Positions 32,766 through 42,928 of a stretch of 64,000 nucleotides of DNA are shown in pieces (within the stretch, counting starts at the first letter, position 1; every line of letters begins with the position of its first letter). A model generated the notes under the pieces. The model had not been told where the DNA came from and searched no databases. It was given only the letters and a program-made list of their open reading frames with translations. This stretch comes from Polyangiaceae bacterium (GTDB lineage Bacteria > Myxococcota_A > Polyangia > Polyangiales > Polyangiaceae). The stretch lies in contig JBILLK010000028.1 in assembly GCA_044376115.1 (NCBI GenBank), positions 64,001-128,000 on the forward strand. The letters are read 5' to 3'. A program made the translations under genes and the position numbers.

Positions 32766-34882
32766 TTCGTTCACCTCAATCTCTGCTTCAGCTCGTCGTA
32801 CTTAGCGTCCTAGCCGCGGGTTGTAGCTCCGAGACCTCGCCCACTCCCACCGGCAACGAGGAATCGGATCCGCCGGTGGAGACGCCGGTCAATTGGGAGC
32901 CTGGCAACGAGAGCAAAGCCTGCAACGTGGACGCGCTACTGCCGCCGGCAACCTACGGCCGGAAGGTAAAGTCGCTGCTCACCGGCTTGCCCGTCTCCGA
33001 GGCCGAGGCCGAGAGCCTGGTGAGCAACCCGGAGGCTCTCCCCGAGCTGATCGACACGTGGCTCGCCACGCCTGAGGGCGCTGAGATGTTGCAGCGCTTC
33101 TTCATGACCTACTTTCAGCAGACCAGCACCAACAACGACTCGCTCTTTTACCTGCTCGGTCGCAAGGTGCAGAGCTTCGGCAAGTTCGACTCAGATTCCG
33201 CCTCCACCGCCGCGCTGCTCAACCGCAACTTGGCTGAGAGCTTCGCGCGCACCATGGTGGATCTCGTTTCGCGCGGTGAACCCTTCACCAAAGCGCTCAC
33301 CACCGACGAGTTCATGATGACGACGGCGCAGGTCGCGCTGCTCGCCTACCTCGATGATGAGACCGTCGACGACTTTGGCGCGCACGACGTGCGCAGCTCG
33401 ACCAACACCTTCGACACGATGGTCTTCTACAAGAACCAGGCGAACGCGCCGGCAGCGAAGGACGCGCTCGATCCGACAAGTCCGAGCTTCGGTCACTTCT
33501 GGCATCGCGAGCTCGCCGATGTCCCGGCCTCTTGCAACGTCGGTGCAACCCTGACCGTCGACACCTCCCAGATCACCAACGGTGAATGGCGGATGGCGGG
33601 CAACACGACGCCTTCTTTCTGGGTATTCAGCGCGATGATGGGTCGGCATTTCGGCATAAACGTTCAGGGAGATGCAGACTGCCGCGCGCCCTCGGCCAAC
33701 AACAACTTCCCGCTGTTCAAGCGCTCCGACTTCAACGACTGGCACCTGGTCAAAGTACGCAAGCCGAGTGCGGACGAGGCGGTTACCCCCTTCTACGATC
33801 TCGAGCAGCTACGCACCGCGAGCGAGCTCGTCGTTCATACCGAACGCGTCGGCTTCCTCACCTCACCCGGCTTCTTCTCGACCTGGATGAACAACGAGGA
33901 CAACTCGTCCCGCGTCACCGTCAATCAGGCGCTGATCGTCGCACTGGGCAAGAGCTTCGAGGGGCAAGCTGTCACCAACTTTGCGCCCGAGTCACTGGAC
34001 GCCGAACACGCTGACCCGACCACCGAGTGTTACGGCTGCCACCAAACGCTCGATCCGATGCGTGACTTCTACCGCGCCTCCTTCACCAACTACTACGGCG
34101 AGCAGCTCGATCCCGAGCGCGCTGCCTTGCAAGCCGACTTCATCTTTGACGGCGTCACCGCCAAAGGCAACGGCGTCCGCGACCTCGCCGACCTACTCGC
34201 TGAGCACCCGGCCTTCCCCTACGCCTGGGCGCACAAGCTTTGCTACATGGCCAACGCCGCACCGTGCTTGGAGGGCGCAACCTTGGACGGCATCGTGGCG
34301 AGCTTCGTCGAATCGAGCTTCGACTTCCGCGTGCTCGTCCGCGAGCTGTTCTCTTCCCCGCTGGTCACGGCCAGCCAGTGTGTGGAGGGCGTCGATACCG
34401 GCTCCAATGTCTCGATCGCGCGACGCACGCTGTTCTGCAGCGAGCTCTCGCATCGCCTCGACATCAACGACGTGTGCGGGCTCGGTCGCTTGAAGGAAGA
34501 ATCCAGCGCCTTGCAGAACAGCGCTCGTGACGCCTCCGGCTCGATCCCCGATGACGGCTTCAGCCGCGCCGTCGTCAGCCCGATCGTGATCGCCGAGACC
34601 GGCCTCTTCACCCGCGCCAACGCCGAGGCCACCTGCGTCACCATCGCGCAAGAGAGCTTCAACCGCGTGTATCAGGACCTGACGACCGACGAGGCCACGC
34701 TGCACATGGTCAGTTCGGTGATGGGCCTGCCGCCGAACGACGAGCTGCACGCGCCGTCCCTCGCGATCCTGCGCGCTCACGTCGAAGAAGCGGTCGCCGA
34801 AGGCAAGACCGACCGCGATGCGGTTGAGTCAGCGTTCGTGATCGCGTGCATGTCCCCCACCGTTGCCGGCGTCGGTTTTTGA
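32762..34882 (+). CDS. DUF1588/DUF1585-like lipoprotein with a CxxCH motif
   Basis: Lipobox AAGC; HADPTTECYGCHQTLDPM; FDFRVLVRELFSSP; ATGA overlap with the upstream gene. Confidence 0.75.
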   Translation: MIRSPQSLLQLVVLSVLAAGCSSETSPTPTGNEESDPPVETPVNWEPGNESKACNVDALLPPATYGRKVKSLLTGLPVSEAEAESLVSNPEALPELIDTWLATPEGAEMLQRFFMTYFQQTSTNNDSLFYLLGRKVQSFGKFDSDSASTAALLNRNLAESFARTMVDLVSRGEPFTKALTTDEFMMTTAQVALLAYLDDETVDDFGAHDVRSSTNTFDTMVFYKNQANAPAAKDALDPTSPSFGHFWHRELADVPASCNVGATLTVDTSQITNGEWRMAGNTTPSFWVFSAMMGRHFGINVQGDADCRAPSANNNFPLFKRSDFNDWHLVKVRKPSADEAVTPFYDLEQLRTASELVVHTERVGFLTSPGFFSTWMNNEDNSSRVTVNQALIVALGKSFEGQAVTNFAPESLDAEHADPTTECYGCHQTLDPMRDFYRASFTNYYGEQLDPERAALQADFIFDGVTAKGNGVRDLADLLAEHPAFPYAWAHKLCYMANAAPCLEGATLDGIVASFVESSFDFRVLVRELFSSPLVTASQCVEGVDTGSNVSIARRTLFCSELSHRLDINDVCGLGRLKEESSALQNSARDASGSIPDDGFSRAVVSPIVIAETGLFTRANAEATCVTIAQESFNRVYQDLTTDEATLHMVSSVMGLPPNDELHAPSLAILRAHVEEAVAEGKTDRDAVESAFVIACMSPTVAGVGF

Positions 34883-34893
34883 GGAGCACTCCA

Positions 34894-36216
34894 ATGAAAA
34901 GCCAATCAAAATTTTCGCGACGAACGGCCCTCGGCGCACTTGCAACGGCGACCGGCAGCTTGTTTCTGCGCTCGCTTGCCACCGGCATCCCCAGCAGCGT
35001 CCTCTTGGATCCTTTGTCGGCCCACGCCGGCACCGAGCCCACGGCCAAGACGCTGATCCTCGCCAGCTCGATCTCGGGTGATCCGATGAACGCCAACGTG
35101 CCGGGCACCTATGATTTCCCGGCCAACGAGGTGTTCCACCCCGCAGATCCTTCGATGGCGAAGACCTCGCTCACGCTGTCCGGGAAGACCTTCTCTGCAG
35201 CCAAGCCGTGGGCCGACCTGGGCCAAGGCATTCTCGACCGCACCACCTTCTTCCACCACGCCACCTACACGCCGGTGCACGGTGAGCTTGGGCTGGTGCA
35301 GAAGATGATGCGCGCCACCGAGAAGGACGACATGTTGATCTCGCTGATCTCGCGGGAGCTCGCGCCCGTGCTCAAGACGGTTCAATCGGATCCGCTGAGC
35401 TTGGGAGCCTCCGGCGGTGAACTCTTGAGCGCCGAGGGCCGCATCCTCGGCAACGTCTCACCGCTCTCGGTGCAGCGCGCACTGGGCGGCGAAGACGGCC
35501 CGCTCAAGGATCTGACCGCCCTTCGCGATCAACAGATCGACGAGATTTACGCGCTCTATCGTGAACGCGGCACACCCAGCCAACTCAAGCTGCTCGACAA
35601 CTGGGCGCGCTCGCGCAAAGAGGTCCGCAGCATCGGTCTTGCGCTCGTGGAACGCCTCTCGGCGATCGACGGCAACGACCAGGTCAATCAGCTGCGTTGC
35701 GCTGCCGTGCTCGCCGCCATGAACATCGCACCGGTGATCACCGTGCATCTCGGCTTCGGTGGTGATTCACACGGTGACACCGACTTCGAGCAAGAGACGG
35801 AGGACACCGTGATCACGCTCAATGACGTGCACACCTTCATCGACGAGCTCGACCAACTGAAGGCCGATGGCCATCTCAAACAAGACGTGATCTTCGCGAC
35901 GCTCAACACCTTCGGTCGGACGCTCAAGAAGAACGGCACCGATGGCCGCGACCACAACGAGGGTCACCACGTGATGCTGATGATCGGCAACGGCATCCAA
36001 GGCGGCGTCGTCGGTGGCATCGAACCGACCGCCAACGGCAGCGACTACCAAGCCACGACCATCAACTCCACCACCGGCGAAAAGGGCGGCGACATCGCCT
36101 TCGAGGAGTCGCTCGCCGCCGCTGGAAAGACGCTCGCCTTCGCCTTGGGCGTACCGCAAGCACGCGTGGACGCCATGATCGACGGCGGCAAGGTCGTTCA
36201 GTCGGTGATCGCCTAG
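34894..36216 (+). CDS. Tat-exported DUF1501-like protein
   Basis: GAGGAG SD; SRRTALG twin-arginine signal; GGDSH, TFGRT, GRDHN, GGVVG motifs. Confidence 0.8.
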   Translation: MKSQSKFSRRTALGALATATGSLFLRSLATGIPSSVLLDPLSAHAGTEPTAKTLILASSISGDPMNANVPGTYDFPANEVFHPADPSMAKTSLTLSGKTFSAAKPWADLGQGILDRTTFFHHATYTPVHGELGLVQKMMRATEKDDMLISLISRELAPVLKTVQSDPLSLGASGGELLSAEGRILGNVSPLSVQRALGGEDGPLKDLTALRDQQIDEIYALYRERGTPSQLKLLDNWARSRKEVRSIGLALVERLSAIDGNDQVNQLRCAAVLAAMNIAPVITVHLGFGGDSHGDTDFEQETEDTVITLNDVHTFIDELDQLKADGHLKQDVIFATLNTFGRTLKKNGTDGRDHNEGHHVMLMIGNGIQGGVVGGIEPTANGSDYQATTINSTTGEKGGDIAFEESLAAAGKTLAFALGVPQARVDAMIDGGKVVQSVIA

Positions 36217-36247
36217 CGAGCGGTTTGCGAGCGGTTCGGCGTCGGCC

Positions 36248-37576
36248 TCAGCGGTCGATGCCGTGCCGCTCGAGTAGCCGATGCAGAAATTGCCGTGAGA
36301 CGCCCATCGCCTCGGCCGCGCGAGAGACGTTACCGTTGTGCTCGGCCAAGCGACTCGTCAGGTACTGCTGTTCAAACTGCTCCACCACGAGATCCCGCGC
36401 TTCACGTAGCGGAAGATGCATCACGCTTGGCTGCGCCGCGGGCTGCGCCGTGGCAGTGGGCATGGCGTCAAAGCCAGGCCGCTCCGGAAACAACATCAAA
36501 CGCGTGATCGTGTTGCGCAGCTCACGAACGTTGCCGGGCCACTGATGGTTGCGCAGCATCGCAAGCGTGTTGGGCGGCAGATCCGCCAGCGTGCGGGGCG
36601 GGCTTTGCGACGCCAAGAAGTGTTCGACCAAGAGCTCGATGTCTTCCGGCCGCTCGCGGAGCGGCGGCACCGCACCTTCAACCACGGCCAGCCGGTAGTA
36701 GAGGTCCATGCGGAACGTACCGGTCGCGACGCGCGCCCGGAGATCGCGATGGGTGGCCGCAACGATGCGCACATCGATCGGCGTCCACTCGACGCTACCC
36801 ACCCTGCGGATGTGACGGCTCTCGATCGCCCGCAGCAGCTTCGGCTGCAAATCAAGCGGAAGTTCACCGAGCTCATCGATGAAGACGGTGCCTCCGCGAG
36901 CCTGCTCGAACAGCCCAGGCGTATTGTTGTTGGCCCCGGTGAACGCGCCCTTCACGTAGCCGAAGAGTTCGGCCTCGACCAAGGTCGGCACCACCGCCGA
37001 GCAGTCGAACACGGCGAAGGGACCGGAGGCGCGCGGGCTCGCATCGTGAATCGCCCGCGCCAAAAGCTCCTTCCCGGTGCCCGATTCACCCAAAAGCAGC
37101 ACCGTTTCATGGGTCAACGCAGCGCGCTGCAACAGCGCAAACAAGGCTCGCATCTGCAAGCTTGCGCCGAGCGCAGCGCCAAAACTTTGCCCGCGCGAGA
37201 GCGCCAAGGTCTGCTTGGCCGACGCGATCTCCATCCGCAACTTGGTGGAGCCAAGCGTGATATCGCTTCTCGAATCAATGTAGGCAGCACCGATGCGGAC
37301 CCGGTCGACGAACGTGCCGTTCTTGCTGTCGAGGTCGCGCAGCATCACGCCTTTGGGCGTATGGACGATCATCGCGTGCCGCCGAGAAACCCTTGGATCG
37401 TCGGTGGTAAGGTCACATTCTGCGTCGCTGCCAATCAAAACCGGGCCGAGCCCGAGCGCTACTTCGGCCCGCGCGCCGGAGGGTGCCTGCAGCTGGAGCC
37501 GCACTCCCGGAAGCTCGACAGCATCTACACGGATGTCGGTTAGGGTGAGACCTGGATGAGATCCGCGTCGTTCCAA
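36248..37576 (-). CDS. FHA-domain sigma54-dependent enhancer-binding protein (Fis-type HTH)
   Basis: FHA (IGS...VSRRHA...DLDSKNGT), [36 protein letters not shown]. Confidence 0.95.
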   Translation of the reverse strand: MERRGSHPGLTLTDIRVDAVELPGVRLQLQAPSGARAEVALGLGPVLIGSDAECDLTTDDPRVSRRHAMIVHTPKGVMLRDLDSKNGTFVDRVRIGAAYIDSRSDITLGSTKLRMEIASAKQTLALSRGQSFGAALGASLQMRALFALLQRAALTHETVLLLGESGTGKELLARAIHDASPRASGPFAVFDCSAVVPTLVEAELFGYVKGAFTGANNNTPGLFEQARGGTVFIDELGELPLDLQPKLLRAIESRHIRRVGSVEWTPIDVRIVAATHRDLRARVATGTFRMDLYYRLAVVEGAVPPLRERPEDIELLVEHFLASQSPPRTLADLPPNTLAMLRNHQWPGNVRELRNTITRLMLFPERPGFDAMPTATAQPAAQPSVMHLPLREARDLVVEQFEQQYLTSRLAEHNGNVSRAAEAMGVSRQFLHRLLERHGIDR

Positions 37577-37617
37577 GGTGTTTCGCGTCGGTCGCTGCGA
37601 CTATCGTAGGAGATCGG

Positions 37618-39222
37618 TTGGAGCCCATCAAGCCGGAGCTTGTCGTTGATCGCTACTCGCTGTTCCGCGTGATCGGCGCCGGTGGCATGGCGTCGGTCTA
37701 TCTTGGACGGCAGAGCGGGAGCGCCGGGTTCTTTCGCTACGTGGCGATCAAACGGCTCCATCCTCAATATGCGACGAACCCCGAGTTCGTAGCGATGTTC
37801 TTGGATGAGGCTCGGCTTGCTTCGCACGTTCGGGATCGTCACGTCGTTGAGACCTTGGACGTGGTCGAGTCGGGGAGCGAGATCCTGATGGTGATGGAGC
37901 TGGTTCAAGGCTCCACCCTGACCCATCTGCTTCGCACGGCTCGCACAAATGGTGAGCGACTGCCGGTCGCGGTGAGCTGCGCCATCGTCGTGGATCTGCT
38001 TCGCGGGCTCGAGGCGGCGCACAGCGCCGTGGGTCCTTCGGGAGAACCACTCGGCGTAATCCACCGCGACGTATCCCCGCACAACGTAATGATCGGTGTC
38101 GATGGCGTTGCTCGAGTGCTCGATTTTGGGGTGGCGAAGGCCAACGGTCAGTATCACTCGACGCGTATGGGGGAAGTTCGCGGCAAGCCCGCCTACATGG
38201 CGCCGGAGCACCTGCAAACGGGGGCTACGCCTAAGTCGGACCTGTATTCAGCTGGCATCGTCTTGTGGGAGGCGCTCACCGGCCAACGGTTGTTCGCTGC
38301 CGAAACCGAGGCTGGGCTGATCGCTCAGGTACTGGCCCCACGCTGGCGCTCACCGCGAGAGCTCGCGCCCGAGATCCCCGCTGTACTCGAGGAGGTAGTC
38401 CGCCGTGCACTGCAGATCGACCCCGCACAACGCTTCCAGTCAGCCAAAGAAATGGCCTTCGCACTCGCGCTTGCCGTGGTGCCTGCAGCGCCGAGCGAGG
38501 TTGCCGCCACGGTCGAACGCTTGGCGAAGCAGCCCCTCGCCGAGCTGCGACAAACGCTGGTCACGCTCGAGTCGAAGTTAGGCCGCGCCCCGGTACCAAG
38601 CTTGTCTGGCTCCGGGTCAAACCCGCAGCGGCGCGTATCGACCGAAGCCGCGGCGCCAGCTCCTGCACGCCCCCACGATTCACGCTGGCCGGGCTTTGCG
38701 CCCTCCCGCGGTGCGGGCGAAATCACCCTGACGGGCCCCTCCGTTCAGGAACCAGCGCCAATCGTCGTAGCCCCGCCAAAGGCGCGTTCGCGCCTCAACC
38801 TGTTGCTCGCGTTGCTGCTCGCTTCGGTCGCGGTGGGCGGGCTGCTTGGCGTCGTGATGGCCTCGCGAAGCAGCAGGGCCACGGCCAATCCCAGCGCCGC
38901 GCAATTCGACGCCGAACCAGCACTGCCCCAACCCAGCATGGAAGCCAGCGCGACCGCTACCAGCAGCGTGCTTGTGCCCTCGGTCGAAGCGAGCGCATCG
39001 GGGCTTGCCCCAGTCGAGCCGGCGGTCACAGCAAGTGCCAGCGCGCAGGTTGCCACCCTGCCGAGCGCCCATACGCCAGCAACGTCGCCCCGTGTGCAAC
39101 CCACCTCCACTGTGCCAACCTCCGCGCCAGTGCCAACCCCGAGCGACTGCGATCCGCCCTATGAAGTCGATCAGAATGGGGTCAAGCGGGTGAAGACGCG
39201 TTGCTTTAAAGTTCGCCCATGA
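37618..39222 (+). CDS. Membrane Ser/Thr protein kinase
   Basis: GAGGMA, VAIK, HRDVSPHN, DFGVAK, GKPAYMAPE; TM helix; C-terminal CDPPY...KTRC motif. Confidence 0.95.
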   Translation: MEPIKPELVVDRYSLFRVIGAGGMASVYLGRQSGSAGFFRYVAIKRLHPQYATNPEFVAMFLDEARLASHVRDRHVVETLDVVESGSEILMVMELVQGSTLTHLLRTARTNGERLPVAVSCAIVVDLLRGLEAAHSAVGPSGEPLGVIHRDVSPHNVMIGVDGVARVLDFGVAKANGQYHSTRMGEVRGKPAYMAPEHLQTGATPKSDLYSAGIVLWEALTGQRLFAAETEAGLIAQVLAPRWRSPRELAPEIPAVLEEVVRRALQIDPAQRFQSAKEMAFALALAVVPAAPSEVAATVERLAKQPLAELRQTLVTLESKLGRAPVPSLSGSGSNPQRRVSTEAAAPAPARPHDSRWPGFAPSRGAGEITLTGPSVQEPAPIVVAPPKARSRLNLLLALLLASVAVGGLLGVVMASRSSRATANPSAAQFDAEPALPQPSMEASATATSSVLVPSVEASASGLAPVEPAVTASASAQVATLPSAHTPATSPRVQPTSTVPTSAPVPTPSDCDPPYEVDQNGVKRVKTRCFKVRP

Positions 39223-40019
39223 GTCTGGTTTGGCGTTACTCGATTCTCGGCATCGGTTCGCTGTTCGCAGCTGGTGTTGCTGCTCGAGAGGCGCCCGCTC
39301 AAGAAGTCACGCAAACCTGTATTCGTTCGTTCGAGCAAGCCGGGGAGCAGCGCAAGATCTTTCAGGATTACGTGCGCGCTCGAGCCGAAGCGCTGCGTTG
39401 CAGTGAGACCTGTCCGGCGCAGTTGGCCTTCGAGTGCAGAACGTGGATGGCGCAAGACGCAACCAAAGTGGCGCACCTCGAGCTGAGCTCGACGCTGCCG
39501 TTTGCTTCGCTCACGGTAAAGCTCGACGGCGTCGTGCTAACCACACCCCTGTCCGAGGTAAATCCCGGCATCCACCGCGTGGAGGCCGTCGCCGACGGCT
39601 ATGAGCCGCTGCAGATCGAACTGATGCTCGCAGAAGGTCAACGCGCAAAGCAGCAGCTCGCGTTCGTCGCGGCCACGCCCAAAGTGGTCCCCGAGAAGGA
39701 AGCTCGCGAGCTCTCGGTCCCCGGCATCATCATTGGTTCTATTGGCTTGAGCAGCTTGGCAGCGGCCGGGATCCTTGCCGGGCTCGGGCACCTCGAGGCG
39801 AGCCGTTTACGCGAGGAGTGCGCGCCCAATTGCTTGGCAAGCGACGTGAGCTTGATCGAGCGTGAGTGGATTGCCAGCGGGGTTTTGGCTGGCGTCGGGC
39901 TCGCAGGGATGATCGCCGGCGGCGTCCTTGTCGGGATGAGCTTTGGCGAGGAGTCGACAACAGCGTCGTTGCAGCTAGCGCCAGGCAAGGCGGAGCTAGT
40001 CCTCGCCACTTCCTTCTAG
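39219..40019 (+). CDS. PEGA-domain exported protein
   Basis: Signal-like N-terminus, Cys-rich helical segment, VKLDG...VNPGIHRVEAVADG, hydrophobic C-terminus; ATGA overlap with the kinase. Confidence 0.8.
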   Translation: MSLVWRYSILGIGSLFAAGVAAREAPAQEVTQTCIRSFEQAGEQRKIFQDYVRARAEALRCSETCPAQLAFECRTWMAQDATKVAHLELSSTLPFASLTVKLDGVVLTTPLSEVNPGIHRVEAVADGYEPLQIELMLAEGQRAKQQLAFVAATPKVVPEKEARELSVPGIIIGSIGLSSLAAAGILAGLGHLEASRLREECAPNCLASDVSLIEREWIASGVLAGVGLAGMIAGGVLVGMSFGEESTTASLQLAPGKAELVLATSF

Positions 40020-40028
40020 AGGTTAGCT

Positions 40029-41849
40029 ATGGCTTCTCCTGGTGTGGTTTGCGATCGTTTGAACCTGCGGCATCTACTGCTTCTTGGCGCAATTGGAGTT
40101 AGCGCTTGCGACCTCTCCGATCTAACGGACGGCAAGAGCGGTGGAGGCGGCACGGGCGGTACGGGCGGTAACCAAGCTGGTGGTGGAAGCGGTGGTACGG
40201 GTGGTGGCGGCAACGGCGCTGGTGGAGCCTCGACGGGTGGCGGCGGCACGGGCGGCACGGGCGGCACGGGCGGCGACCCAACCTGCGAGTCAGGGTCTCC
40301 CTTCGAGTGGATGATTGCGATCGGCAATGAGGAGTCCCAAGCGGTCAGCGTGACCGACGACGCACCGACCAATACGCTCCCTTCGAGCATTCGCGTCGCC
40401 GAGGTACCAGCAGCGCTCGGAGGCGGCTTCATCACAGTGATGCTCACCACCGGCGTGCTCGACTTGGCAGGGCCGGTCGGCGTAGACGGTGCTCGCTCAA
40501 TCTTCGTCGTCCACTTTTCAGCGGCCGGCGAAGTGATCGCTGCCAAAGCGCACACACAGCCGGTCGAACAAGTTGAGCTCCCGGATCAGGCCCGCTCGAT
40601 CGATGACATCGTCGTCCACGAGACGGGGCGCGTGTTCGTGGTTGGACGGGCGGGCTTTCTACCCCTCACGTTGAGCAGCCCTGACGCACCGATCGAGCTT
40701 CTCACGGACGGCATGCACGATGACGCCTTCTTGGCGGCGTTCGACCTAAGCGGCAATGCCCTGGAGGCTGTTCGGCTGGTGAGCACTGGCGCGCTAGCGG
40801 CGAGCGACGAACTCAAGGGCGCTGTGCAAGCACGCGGACTGGTGGCACTCGACGGGGAGATAGGGGTGGTTGGGTACTACCACCGCGGGCTGAGCTTCAT
40901 CGACGGGGCTGGCCAAGCGCTGCCCTTGTGTCCCGCGCTCCCGACGGCGAACGGAACGAAGAACGGCTTCATCATGATGTTACCCGCGCAAGCGCCGCTC
41001 TCCGGTTGCTCGCGCGCGCGCGCGTTCGTCGGAACCGGGGACGTGCGCATCTCGCCAACGAGTGTCACGGCGAGCGACTCGCAGCTCCTCCTTGCCGCTG
41101 ATTTCGATGTGCGTACGAACAGCAATTCGGTCGAGCAACAGCTGACGCTCAACACCTCTCCAGCGTGGGTACTCGATTCAGCGGTGGACGATCACTTCAG
41201 CGAGGCGATGGTGATCGCTCTGGAGCAAACGATGCTGACGCCAGAATGGGTCTCCCTGATCGAGACCAGCGGCGGCGTCAACGACCACGCTGCTGCCGTT
41301 TCGGTCGATGAAGGTGGGACCATTTGGGTGGTGGGCAAGGGCGTATCGATCAACGATGTGAGCAATTCTATCGATGTCTCGCGCAAATTTCCGTCAGCAG
41401 CTCAGACTTGCACGCGCACAATCAATACGCTCAAGTCACGCGGCGTCATCACAGCGCTGAGTCCCACGGGCGACTGTCAGGCGGTGGTGGACTACGCCTA
41501 CGAATCGTCGATCGAGAGTTCACTGGTTCTCAACGGCACACCTTGGTTTGGGGGCTACGCCACGACCAGCGCCTTTCCTCCTGGCCAGCTGGCGAGCTAT
41601 GGCGCCGCTGGGCTCGATCCCTACGGCCTGTTGCTGAGCCCCACTCTGGAGCCAGCCAACATCAACGCCGCAGGCCTGCTGGTTGGCGGGCCCGGCCGAG
41701 TTCGCAGCTATGAGCTGAGCGCAGTGGGGGACAAAATCCTTATGGCCGGCATCATGAGCGAAGGCTTCCTCGACTTGCCCTGCCCCAGCGACGCTGCAGC
41801 GCAAGTCGATTTCTTCCTCGCGCTCTACGACCCCGCACAAGGGCCGTGA
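40029..41849 (+). CDS. Gly-rich lipoprotein with probable beta-propeller
   Basis: Lipobox VSAC, GGTGG repeats, repeated VFVVG / DAFLAAFD..G blade-like motifs. Confidence 0.75.
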   Translation: MASPGVVCDRLNLRHLLLLGAIGVSACDLSDLTDGKSGGGGTGGTGGNQAGGGSGGTGGGGNGAGGASTGGGGTGGTGGTGGDPTCESGSPFEWMIAIGNEESQAVSVTDDAPTNTLPSSIRVAEVPAALGGGFITVMLTTGVLDLAGPVGVDGARSIFVVHFSAAGEVIAAKAHTQPVEQVELPDQARSIDDIVVHETGRVFVVGRAGFLPLTLSSPDAPIELLTDGMHDDAFLAAFDLSGNALEAVRLVSTGALAASDELKGAVQARGLVALDGEIGVVGYYHRGLSFIDGAGQALPLCPALPTANGTKNGFIMMLPAQAPLSGCSRARAFVGTGDVRISPTSVTASDSQLLLAADFDVRTNSNSVEQQLTLNTSPAWVLDSAVDDHFSEAMVIALEQTMLTPEWVSLIETSGGVNDHAAAVSVDEGGTIWVVGKGVSINDVSNSIDVSRKFPSAAQTCTRTINTLKSRGVITALSPTGDCQAVVDYAYESSIESSLVLNGTPWFGGYATTSAFPPGQLASYGAAGLDPYGLLLSPTLEPANINAAGLLVGGPGRVRSYELSAVGDKILMAGIMSEGFLDLPCPSDAAAQVDFFLALYDPAQGP

Positions 41850-41851
41850 AC

Positions 41852-42925
41852 TCAGATTCGGCTGGCCAAGAGCTCACGAACGAACGCTGACGCGGCCTTG
41901 GTTCCGAGCTCTCCACCAACGTCACGCGTGCACTTGTGCGCGTCGAGCGCCTCGGTGATCGCCGCCTCAATCAGCGGCTCGAACTTGGCGTGACCGAGAT
42001 GGGTCATCATCATCCCCACCGTCAAAAACGAGGCGAACGGGTTGGCGACGTCTTTGCCCGCGAGCGGCGGAGCAGAGCCATGCACCGGCTCGAACAAGGC
42101 CACGCGCTGCGTATCCGAACCATGCACGTTGGCGCTCGCGGCCATGCCGAGACCACCCTGCAACGCTGCGCCGAGATCCGTCACGATGTCGCCGAACAAG
42201 TTGTTCGTCACCACCACGTCGAACTGCGTCGGGTCTTGGATCATGAACAGACACAGCGCATCCACGTACACGTGACGAGCCTCGATCGCCGGGTACTCTT
42301 TGGCGACTTCTTGGAACGTCCTCAGCCAAAGCTCGTGCGCAAAGCGCATCGCGTTCGACTTGTCGGCCATGCACACGCGCTTCTTGCCGTTCTTGGTCGC
42401 CCACTCGAACGCCGCGCGAATGATCCGCTCCACGCCTTTGCGCGTGTTGACGTCCTCGTTGATGCCGATCTCGTCGGCGGTGCCCTTCTTGAACTGGCCA
42501 CCAAACCCGACGTAGACGCCCTCGGTGTTCTCACGAAAGACCACGATGTCGATGTCCTTCGCCAGGCGCCCTTTGAGCGGCACCAACCGATCCGAAAGCA
42601 CGCGAACCGGCCGCACATTGGCGAACAAATCGTAGCCGAAGCGCATGCCAAACAGGATGTCGCGCGCGTGCTCGAGCCCGGGGACGCGCGGATCTCCGAG
42701 CGCGCCGAGCAACACCGCTCGACACTCATTGCGCAGCTGATCGGCGATCGCTTGAGGGAAGGTCGTGCCGTCCCTCAAGTAGCGATCCGCGCCGAGATCG
42801 AGATCGAGAAAATCCAGAGATACGCCACCCTTGTCACGGAGCAGCTCCAGCAAAAGCCTCGCTTCACGAATGACTTCGGGACCGATGCCGTCTCCGCCGA
42901 GGATGGCGATCTTCTGGGTGGTCAT
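41852..42925 (-). CDS. Isocitrate/isopropylmalate dehydrogenase family (LeuB-like)
   Basis: GDGIGPEV, FANVRP, RENTEG, DKSNA, NLFGDI..D, FEPVHGSAP. Confidence 0.92.
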   Translation of the reverse strand: MTTQKIAILGGDGIGPEVIREARLLLELLRDKGGVSLDFLDLDLGADRYLRDGTTFPQAIADQLRNECRAVLLGALGDPRVPGLEHARDILFGMRFGYDLFANVRPVRVLSDRLVPLKGRLAKDIDIVVFRENTEGVYVGFGGQFKKGTADEIGINEDVNTRKGVERIIRAAFEWATKNGKKRVCMADKSNAMRFAHELWLRTFQEVAKEYPAIEARHVYVDALCLFMIQDPTQFDVVVTNNLFGDIVTDLGAALQGGLGMAASANVHGSDTQRVALFEPVHGSAPPLAGKDVANPFASFLTVGMMMTHLGHAKFEPLIEAAITEALDAHKCTRDVGGELGTKAASAFVRELLASRI

Positions 42926-42928
42926 CGC

